A stretch of DNA of 13,448 nt from Fonticula alba ATCC 38817 (taxonomy: Eukaryota > Protista > Nucleariida): assembly GCA_000388065.2 (NCBI GenBank), contig KB932205.1. One strand, given 5' to 3'. The notes beneath the pieces are model-generated. The model was not told the origin of the DNA and made no database searches. It saw only the letters and a program-made list of their open reading frames with translations. Positions 1-7,500 of the stretch are shown here, one piece after another. The translations under genes were made by a program, and so were the position numbers. The stretch's first letter is position 1. Every line of letters begins with the position of its first letter.

Positions 1-1794
1 GGGTCCTTCAGCCGCGAGGCGGATCGCCAGTGCGAGGCATGCGATGCCTCCTGCCACACATGTGAGGGCCCCACGGAGGCCCAGTGCCTATCCTGTGCCG
101 GGAAAACGGGCGCCCTTCTGGATGGGCACTGTCTCTCCAGCTGCCCACTGGTCGGGTTCTGGCTGGACGAGTCGGATCCCCTGCACCGGGTATGCCGCCC
201 CTGCGGCGAAGGCTGCGACCGGTGCTCCGACGCCACTTCCTGCCTCACGTGCAAGCCCGGCCTGGTGCTGCTGCACTCGGGGCCCGGCGGCGCCTCCTGT
301 GTCTCCGACTGCCCGGGCGGCTTCTTTGCCAGCCTGCTGGATGGCCAGAGCCAGGCCGCGTGCGCAGCCTGTGCCCCCGACTGTCTCACATGCACTGGGC
401 CAGAAAGGCGCGATTGCCAGGTGTACGCCTGTGAGACGGACGGGACATGCGGGCCCCCGCGCAACCGCTCTCTGGTCATTGGCCTGGCGGTTGGCCTCTC
501 ACTGCTGCTGCTCATCCTGCTGCTCATCCTGCTGGTTCTTCTCTGGGCCCTTCGCCGTCGACGCCGGGTCCCGAAGGAGGAGGCCGACACTGATATGACC
601 GTTCTGAATACGGTGATGGGTATGTCTCTTGGCGCACATTCACCTGACCACTTGTCCAGCACGCTGACATTCCCCCATGCAGATCTCTCGCTTCCCGGGT
701 TCCTGCTGCTGTCGTTCCAGGAGGACCTTCGGGTGACCGGCGACGCGGCGTCCAGCGGCACGCAGGGGGGCATCTTCCCGGCCGAGCCCCTGAAGCCGGA
801 GCTCATTACGGCCGCGGGAGACAGCAGCATCGTCGTGAAGCTGCTCAGCGGTATGTGCCCCCCGGGATGCTCACCTGGGGTGAGGGCCCAGTTTTACACG
901 CTCCCCCATCTCACCTCCCTCCCATGCATCACAGCCGAGCCCAGCCCCTCCCTTGCCGAGGCCCATGTGCAGGCCATGTTCGAGAACGAGCTGTCCATCC
1001 TGTGGGCCCTGCAGCAGTCGCCGAATGTGGTGCGCATGCTGGGCTACACCCAGGCCCCCCGGGCCATTGTCATGGTGCGCGAGGCCACCGACCTGGACAG
1101 CCTGCTCGGGTCGGACAGCCCGCTCGATGCGGCCAACGCCCTGGCCCTGGTCCGGGGCATGGCCCTGGGCCTGGGGTTCATCCATGCGCAGGGCATCGCC
1201 CACCGGGACATCAAGTCGGCGAATGTCCTGGTCGGGCCGTGCCCCGAGACCGGGGCCATGCGCCCGGCGTTCGCGGACTTCGGCGTGGCCATGGCCGTCA
1301 GCCGGGGCTCGGCCCTGCTGGACTCGGCCATGGTGCTCGCGTGCAGTGTTTCCTTCGCGGCGCCCGAGGTCCTGGCGTCGATGGACGCCGGCGGGCTGGG
1401 CGCCGCGCCGATTGACCACCTGGCGGCCGATGTCTACTCGCTGGCGTCGGTCTTCTGGCACATTTTGACCCAGACCCGGCCCTGGAGCGGTACGCCCTGT
1501 TGCTGCTGCGGAATGGTGTTGGAGCATTTTTCTTCGGGTTTCTTTTTTCGCACGCGCCAACCCACCGCGACTCACATGTGCTCCCCCACCATGCCAGGCT
1601 TGAGCAAGGACCGGATCCAGGATTTGCTTGGATCCGGAAGGACTCCGGCCTCGCACGGCCCGGCGGCTCGCGAGGATCTCCTCCAGGAGCCGGCGCTGGG
1701 CAGCCTCGCGTCCGGCCTCCTGGCGGACATGTGGGCCACGGACCCCGGGCGTCGCCCAGGCATTTCTTCTGTCGCCATGTCCCTTTCCGAGTAG
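1..1794 (+). CDS. Receptor-like Ser/Thr (TKL-like) protein kinase with furin-like Cys-rich ectodomain; 5'-partial. Proposed exons <1-619, 683-850, 935-1489, 1598-1794 (1539 nt, 512 aa plus stop)
   Basis: Frame 1 is open from base 1 (GSFSREADRQCEACDASCHTC...) to TAG 1792-1794. CxxC modules lead to a hydrophobic helix (472-552) and RRRRR. Kinase motifs: VVK (K 838-840), alphaC FENE, HRDIKSAN 1201-1224, DFG 1276-1284, APE 1360-1368, DVYS 1429-1440 and a C-terminal RRP. Removing three GT-AG introns restores normal subdomain spacing. Confidence 0.93.
   Translation, partial: GSFSREADRQCEACDASCHTCEGPTEAQCLSCAGKTGALLDGHCLSSCPLVGFWLDESDPLHRVCRPCGEGCDRCSDATSCLTCKPGLVLLHSGPGGASCVSDCPGGFFASLLDGQSQAACAACAPDCLTCTGPERRDCQVYACETDGTCGPPRNRSLVIGLAVGLSLLLLILLLILLVLLWALRRRRRVPKEEADTDMTVLNTVMGMSLGAHSPDHLSSTLTFPHADLSLPGFLLLSFQEDLRVTGDAASSGTQGGIFPAEPLKPELITAAGDSSIVVKLLSGMCPPGCSPGVRAQFYTLPHLTSLPCITAEPSPSLAEAHVQAMFENELSILWALQQSPNVVRMLGYTQAPRAIVMVREATDLDSLLGSDSPLDAANALALVRGMALGLGFIHAQGIAHRDIKSANVLVGPCPETGAMRPAFADFGVAMAVSRGSALLDSAMVLACSVSFAAPEVLASMDAGGLGAAPIDHLAADVYSLASVFWHILTQTRPWSGTPCCCCGMVLEHFSSGFFFRTRQPTATHMCSPTMPGLSKDRIQDLLGSGRTPASHGPAAREDLLQEPALGSLASGLLADMWATDPGRRPGISSVAMSLSE
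472..552 (+). other. Transmembrane helix of gene 1 (LVIGLAVGLSLLLLILLLILLVLLWAL), followed by the stop-transfer RRRRR
   Basis: 27 uncharged residues followed by five Arg (553-567), consistent with the positive-inside rule and type-I topology. Confidence 0.9.
620..682 (+). other. Intron 1 of gene 1 (63 nt, phase 1)
   Basis: Donor G|GTATGT at 620, branch-like CTGAC 664-668, acceptor ATGCAG| at 682. The spliced product reads NTVM-D-LSLPGFLLL. Confidence 0.8.
851..934 (+). other. Intron 2 of gene 1 (84 nt, phase 1)
   Basis: Donor G|GTATGT at 851, CTCAC 910-914, pyrimidine-rich tract, ACAG| at 934. Removal joins VVKLLS to AEPSPSLAEAHVQAMFENE, bringing subdomain II next to alphaC. Confidence 0.82.
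1490..1597 (+). other. Intron 3 of gene 1 (108 nt, phase 1)
   Basis: Donor G|GTACGC at 1490, T-rich interior, CTCAC 1571-1575, CCAG| at 1597. Removal gives RPWS-G-LSKDRIQDLL, typical of subdomain X. Confidence 0.8.
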
Positions 1795-1829
1795 GCCCCC
1801 CCCCCATGCTCGACCCGGCATTCCAACAC

Positions 1830-1835
1830 AATATA
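1830..1835 (+). terminator. Possible polyadenylation-signal variant AATATA for gene 1
   Basis: A/T-rich hexamer 36 nt after the stop codon in GC-rich sequence. It is not the canonical AATAAA. Confidence 0.2.
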
Positions 1836-1933
1836 CAGAGTGGACTCTTCACGCCAATGTCGGCCGTGCTCTGGCGAGGGCCGGAGTGTCATCTTCCGCA
1901 GGGGCTCCGGCCCGCCTGAGCGTCTCGCCGACG

Positions 1934-1953
1934 ACACACACACACACACACAC
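1934..1953. repeat. (AC)10 microsatellite
   Basis: Read directly from the sequence. Confidence 0.95.
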
Positions 1954-2943
1954 GACTATGCATGATCGACGGGAGGGCAGTGCGATCGGTCAGGGGAAGA
2001 GCAGGCCACACTCTCTCCGGCCACACAGTCCGCGGGACACGGGACACATGGCCCGCCGCGTGGCGTGGGGAGCAATGTGCGGCGGGTCTCGCTCTCAGCG
2101 GGCGGCGGCGGCCCGGCCCGCGCTGGAAATGGGCAGCCAGCAGCCCCGGGAAGCACGCGGCACTCCCGTCAGTGGGCGTCCCACAGTCCTGGCTGCCAGG
2201 AGCTGCTCGCCCCCGGGCAGGGGACGGGGGGGGGTCCAATGGCCCCGACGCGGGCCATGTGGCTGGAAGGGCGGTCACCGTGCCCCAGCCAGCCGGGGCA
2301 GGTATGCGGAGATGTCTGACACCCAAACAGTGCCTTGCCATTTGCCGCAGTCTGCCGACAAGTGCCACATGGCACCGGTGGGAGCCTGGCCTTCGGATGG
2401 CATCGCCTGCAGGCAGGTGCTCTCTCGAGCGGAGAGGCACGCTCGGCCCGGGGAAAAAAAGGGCCTCCCTGCCAGTTTCGGTTCCTCCGACAGGCCAGCC
2501 AGCGCAGCGCGGCACAGCCCGTCCAGGAGGGGCACCAAGCCGCCCTCCGGGACCGGGGCCACCAAAGGGGGACCCGTGTTCGCCGGTGCCAGTACATGGC
2601 CAACCCCGGTGTGTGTGCGCATGGGGATCCACTTTCACGCTGCCACAGGCCGGGGCCAGTCGGGAGGAAGGACCCGGACCATGAGCGCCCTCATCGGAGA
2701 GCCGGCCCCGTGGCGGGTGCCCGCACGCGAGTCGCTCGCCCCCCCCCCCCCCTCCCCCCGGCATGTTTTGGTGCCCTGAAAGCTAGGCGGCCCCTGCGGC
2801 AGGGCTGCCGGTGGCCAGGTGTCACTGGCCCCGCGCTCGGCCGGACATGTGGAATTCTGCCCGGTGGCCTGTTTTCCGGGGCCCCACATGTCGGAACGCC
2901 CCCATACCCCCTCCTCCTTCTCCTGGCAAGCCTGTGTGGGTCG

Positions 2944-3022
<79 letters not shown>
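2944..3022 (+). repeat. Poly-C homopolymer, 79 nt
   Basis: Uninterrupted C run read directly. The exact length may be a sequencing or assembly artefact. Confidence 0.9.
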
Positions 3023-3024
<2 letters not shown>

Positions 3025-3458
3025 AACTACCCTCCTTTCCGGCATGCCTCCTCCTGGCGGCGAGGCACCGACGCTGGGTCGGGGTCAAGGGGCCTATTCG
3101 GCTTGCCTCGCTCACAAAGGCAGCTGCCCCCCTCTCCCCCCTCGGCCCTCTACTGTGGGACGTCGACCGGTGTGCGTGTGCCGCGCCCGGCAGGGGTCTT
3201 CGCCTTCCTGCTTGTCGGCGGGCAGGAGGAAGGCGCCCGGAAGGGGCTGCCCCTTCCGCCGCAAGACGCGGGGCGGGGGCTGAGCCCCGGCAGGGGCATG
3301 CTGAGCTAGATTCACCGCCGTGCCCGTTGGCCCCTGAAATGCCGATCCCCAGGCGTGCTTTCTCCCCATCAGGGCAGCCCGCCGCCGGTGGGTCATTCGG
3401 CGGCTCTGGGCTTTTGTCCCTTTTGGCCGGCTGGGATGTTGCCACTTGGCCGGCGCGC

Positions 3459-3482
3459 GGCGGCGGCGGCGGCGGCGGCGGC
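3459..3482 (+). repeat. (GGC)8 trinucleotide repeat about 230 nt upstream of the gene 2 ATG
   Basis: Read directly from the sequence. Confidence 0.9.
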
Positions 3483-3708
3483 TCTGCCCCCCCTCCTCCG
3501 GGTCCCAGAGGGGGGTGCCCTTTTCTCCCACCTTCGCATGATCAGCATCGGGGCCCGGCCGACCCGCGGCCCATCCAGCGGCCTGGGGGCGGGAGGCGGC
3601 TCGGCCAAGAGCCGCCCCATCGGACACACCGGCCGCGCCAGCAGCAGACACCCTCTCTTTCTCCGCTTTCCCCCCCCCCCCCCCCTGCCTCCCTCCTCCT
3701 CCTGCATC

Positions 3709-6700
3709 ATGACCCAGCCCCCTGGCCGGCGGCCCCGGTGGCAGCCGGGGATCCCTTCCCTGCTCCTGGCCACCCTGCTGGCTGTGGCGGCCCTGGTCCT
3801 GGCTCCTGTGTCGGGGCTCCACCTGCCGAGCCCCATTGCTCGGGACCGTGCGGCACTGGCCCGCCCGGCCAGGCCCCCGGCGGTCGGTGCCGATGAAATC
3901 GCCGCAGCCGCCTGCGACACAAACTGCACCATGTGCAGCTCCAATGTGTGCAGTGCCTGCCAGGCCGGGTACTATCTGCACCATCACGACCCGGCGACGC
4001 CCTGTGTCACCCACTGCCCGGCGGAGTATCCCGTCATTCTGATCAGCCCCACCTCCAGGATGTGCTGGCACGAGGAGCAGATCCCGGGCTGTGCCGTGAT
4101 GGAGGTCGACGAGGGCGATGTGTACCGGTGCCAGGAGTGCAAGCCGGGCTGGTGGCCCTCGGGCGCCACGTGCGCCACCTGCCCGGTCACTTGCGGCACC
4201 TGCACCGGCAATGACGCCTGCACCTCCTGCCTCAATGGCTACTACCTGCATGGGGGGTCCTGCGTGGCCTCCTGTCCGGATGGCAAGTTCGCCGATGACT
4301 CCAGTGGCGCCTGCACGCCCTGCCAGGCGACCTGCGCCACATGCGGCGCCGCCACCTCCTGCACCTCCTGCCAGCCTGGCCGATTCCTGTACAAGGGTGC
4401 CTGCGTGTCCTCCTGCCCGCCGGCGACCTATCTGCAGGCCGGCACCGGCACCTGTGTCGACTGCTCGACCAACTGCCTGGATTGCACCGGTGCAACCGCC
4501 TGCACATCCTGCCTTCAGGGCTACCTCCTGCATGAGGGGTCTTGCGTGGGCTCCTGCCCGGATGGCACGTTCGAAAATGACACGAGCACCGCCTGCATTG
4601 CCTGTGAAGCGGGCTGTGCTGCCTGCTCCAGCGCCGCGTTTTGCACCTCCTGCAATGATGGATTCTTCCTGGATGGCCACTCCTGCGGGGCGGCCTGTCC
4701 GGAGGGCACCTTCGGCAATGTCACCGACAACACGTGTGCCGCGTGCGGCGAGCGCTGTCTCGCCTGCACCGGTGCCACTGCTTGCACGGCCTGCAAGTCG
4801 GGGTATCTCCTGCATGAGGGCGCCTGCGTGGCAGCCTGCCCTGCCGGCTTCTTCCCTCGGCAGGGCGTCTGTGTCGTCTGCGGCGATCACTGCCTCGCCT
4901 GCACCAGCGCCACCGAATGCACGGCCTGCAGCCCGGGCTCGCCGCTGCACAACGGCGCCTGCCTTCCCGCCTGCGACTCCGGCTTCTTCGACAAGGACAA
5001 CGTCTGCACCGCCTGCCTGCCGGGCTGCGATGTGTGTACCAATGCCAGCACCTGCGATCGGTGCTCCGCGGGGCTCTTCCACTACCAGAACCAGTGCCTG
5101 GAGGCCTGCCCATCTGGGACCTTCGTCGAGGAGGACTCGGCCCCCGATGCCTGCCAGGACTGCCACCCCCTGTGCCAGGAGTGCGCCGGGCCGGGCGCCG
5201 ACGCGTGCACCGCCTGCGAGGCCCCCCTGACCATTCGCCAGCCGGTCCCCCCGGTCAGCCCGCCGCTCGCCGTGGGCGTCTGCGTGCCGGACTGCGACGA
5301 NNNNNNNNNNNNNNNNNNNNNNNNNNNNNNNNNNNNNNNNNNNNNNNNNNNNNNNNNNNNNNNNNNNNNNNNNNNNNNNNNNNNNNNNNNNNNNNNNNNN
5401 NNNNNNNNNNNNNNNNNNNNNNNNNNNNNNNNNNNNNNNNNNNNNNNNNNNNNNNNNNNNNNNNNNNNNNNNNNNNNNNNNNNNNNNNNNNNNNNNNNNN
5501 NNNNNNNNNNNNNNNNNNNNNNNNNNNNNNNNNNNNNNNNNNNNNNNNNNNNNNNNNNNNNNNNNNNNNNNNNNNNNNNNNNNNNNNNNNNNNNNNNNNN
5601 NNNNNNNNNNNNNNNNNNNNNNNNNNNNNNNNNNNNNNNNNNNNNNNNNNNNNNNNNNNNNNNNNNNNNNNNNNNNNNNNNNNNNNNNNNNNNNNNNNNN
5701 NNNNNNNNNNNNNNNNNNNNNNNNNNNNNNNNNNNNNNNNNNNNNNNNNNNNNNNNNNNNNNNNNNNNNNNNNNNNNNNNNNNNNNNNNNNNNNNNNNNN
5801 NNNNNNNNNNNNNNNNNNNNNNNNNNNNNNNNNNNNNNNNNNNNNNNNNNNNNNNNNNNNNNNNNNNNNNNNNNNNNNNNNNNNNNNNNNNNNNNNNNNN
5901 NNNNNNNNNNNNNNNNNNNNNNNNNNNNNNNNNNNNNNNNNNNNNNNNNNNNNNNNNNNNNNNNNNNNNNNNNNNNNNNNNNNNNNNNNNNNNNNNNNNN
6001 NNNNNNNNNNNNNNNNNNNNNNNNNNNNNNNNNNNNNNNNNNNNNNNNNNNNNNNNNNNNNNNNNNNNNNNNNNNNNNNNNNNNNNNNNNNNNNNNNNNN
6101 NNNNNNNNNNNNNNNNNNNNNNNNNNNNNNNNNNNNNNNNNNNNNNNNNNNNNNNNNNNNNNNNNNNNNNNNNNNNNNNNNNNNNGCTCTGGAGGCCGAT
6201 CGCCGGTGCGAGCCGTGCGACGCCTCATGCTATACCTGCAGCGGCGCCGCTTCGGACGAGTGTCTGTCCTGTGCCGGCGCCAAGGACATCCTGCACCAGG
6301 GCTCCTGCCTGGCCGAGTGCCCGGGCGCCGGGTTCTGGCTGGATGAGTCGGACCCCGCGGCCCGCGGCTGCCGCCCGTGCCTGGCCGGCTGCGATGTCTG
6401 TGACTCTGACGACTCGTGCTCGGCGTGCAAGGCCGGGATGGTTCTGCTGCGGTCGGAGGCCGGGGCCCTGTCCTGCGTGTCCGCCTGCCCGGCCGGGCTG
6501 TTCGCCCAGCTGGGCGAGTGCGCCGAGTGCGCGGAGGACTGCCACACGTGCACCGGGCCGGAGCCGGCCGACTGCCAGGTGACCTGGTGCCAGGCCGACG
6601 GCACCTGCACCAACAACCGGGCCCTGGCCATCGGGCTCGGGGTGGGTCTCGGCCTGCTGGTCCTGCTGTTGGCTGTGGCCGCAGTGGTGTTCGTCATTGT

Positions 6701-6907
6701 CCGCCGGCGGCGCACATCCAAGTCCGGCCCTGGCGATATCGACATGAGCACCTTCGGCAACATCATCGGTGCGTATGGTGCCCAGTGTTTCTTTCCTTGC
6801 TCCTGCCACTCGCCCCCTGCTCTTCCCCCTCCAGCGTCCGGGGGGTGGCGAAGGGGGAAAGGACGAGTGCTCCAGCTCACTGACCCTCTCGAGACCATTC
6901 AGATTGA
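3709..6907 (+). CDS. Type-I membrane protein with signal peptide, Cys-rich head, furin-like repeats and TM helix; paralog of gene 1 with no visible kinase domain. It spans gap 5301-6185 and the 3' end is uncertain (model A: intron 6769-6902, then D-stop at 6907)
   Basis: ATG 3709 (MTQPPGRRPRWQPGIPS-LLLATLLAVAALVLA, h-region 3760-3804). Head 3913-4170, then eight modules starting at 4171, 4312, 4453, 4594, 4735, 4870, 5005 and 5152. After the gap, 6186-6768 aligns with gene 1 (EADRRCEPCDASC, GFWLDESDP, CTGPE..DCQV..C..DGTC), then TM 6624-6701 and RRRR. The ORF-track start at 3355 is upstream low-complexity sequence. That both sides of the gap belong to one gene is an assumption. Confidence 0.85.
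5301..6185. other. Assembly gap (885 N) inside the gene 2 repeat region
   Basis: N run flanked on both sides by Cys-repeat coding sequence. Confidence 0.98.
6624..6701 (+). other. Transmembrane helix of gene 2 (LAIGLGVGLGLLVLLLAVAAVVFVIV), followed by RRRR
   Basis: 26 uncharged residues followed by four Arg (6702-6713). Confidence 0.9.
6769..6902 (+). other. Putative intron of gene 2, positionally homologous to intron 1 of gene 1 (alternative acceptor at 6834)
   Basis: Phase-1 donor G|GTGCGT follows STFGNII, matching TVLNTVM-G|GT in gene 1. The acceptor CCATTCAG|AT at 6902, with CTGAC at 6880-6884, resembles gene 1 CCATGCAG|AT. A pyrimidine-rich CTCCAG| at 6834 is a competing acceptor. Confidence 0.5.
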
Positions 6908-7166
6908 TATTGTCGGTGTCTGTGTCGGCGGCACGCTCGAGACGGCACGTCACCGTGGGATCCCTTCCTCGGCGGCGCGTACGCTCCCCCCGACCAAGGT
7001 GTGCATTTCGCCTCCCGTAGGGGCAGGCACAAGAGGTTGCCTGTCAGATGGCCGTGAAAAGCAAGGCATCGAGAGAGAGAGACAGAACAACAGAAGGAGT
7101 TCCTCGTGCCTCTCCCCGCACGCGAAGCGAGCAATGCACTTCTTTTGTGGTTCCCTCTGTGTGGCC

Positions 7167-7500
7167 GAGAGAGAGAGAGACGGAGAGGGAGGGAGAGAGG
7201 GAGGAAGAGAGAGGGGGAGGGAGAGAGGGAGGAAGAGAGGGAGGGAGAGAGAGAAGGAGAGAGGGAGGGAGAGGGGGAGGGAGAGAGGGAGGGAGAGGGG
7301 GAGGNNNNNNNNNNNNNNNNNNNNNNNNNNNNNNNNNNNNNNNNNNNNNNNNNNNNNNNNNNNNNNNNNNNNNNNNNNNNNNNNNNNNNNNNNNNNNNNN
7401 NNNNNNNNNNNNNNNNNNNNNNNNNNNNNNNNNNNNNNNNNNNNNNNNNNNNNNNNNNNNNNNNNNGGGAGGGAGGGAGGGAGGGAGGGAGGGAGAGGAG
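7167..7500 (+). repeat. Polypurine GA/GGA/GGGA satellite interrupted by a 162-N gap (7305-7466)
   Basis: Near-pure G/A sequence built from GAGA, GAGG and GGGA units on both sides of the gap. Confidence 0.92.

Larger units (their letters stand above)
727..1785 (+). other. Protein kinase catalytic domain (RD-type; the HRDxKxxN loop indicates Ser/Thr or TKL class), interrupted by introns 2 and 3
   Basis: Ordered subdomain motifs are seen directly in translation: SSGTQGGIF, VVK, FENE, HRDIKSANVLV, FADFG, FAAPE, ADVYS, RPW, DPGRRP. Confidence 0.9.

Noticed and set aside
265-267. ORF-track starts at 265 (GTG) and 3355
   Set aside because: Frame 1 is open from base 1 with Cys modules, so gene 1 starts upstream of the window. 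For gene 2, ATG 3709 directly precedes the signal peptide, whereas 3355-3708 is repeat-rich non-coding-like sequence.
1201-1224. Receptor tyrosine kinase (EGFR or insulin-receptor-like, given the furin-like repeats)
   Set aside because: The catalytic loop is HRDIKSAN (Ser/Thr or TKL type), not HRDLAARN or HRDLRAAN, and there are no receptor L-domains.
1795-3708. Many overlapping ORFs with poly-Pro or poly-Gly runs
   Set aside because: They arise from poly-C homopolymers and stop-codon scarcity at high GC. No domain-like content in any frame.
5300-6186. Apparent frameshift in gene 2 (different frames on either side of the gap)
   Set aside because: The N-run length is only an estimate, so phase across it carries no information.
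3112-6228. 1038-aa minus-strand ORF (also 871-1821 and 12432-13421)
   Set aside because: These are antisense shadows of GC-rich, Cys/Ala/Gly-biased + strand genes. The products are low-complexity AGRAG text with no motifs, and the first is inflated by Ns.
3709-6768. Orthology to PCSK5/furin, FRAS1, R-spondin or Giardia VSP
   Set aside because: Only the generic Cys module is shared. There is no subtilase, VWC or TSP1 domain and no CRGKA tail, so no gene symbol was assigned.
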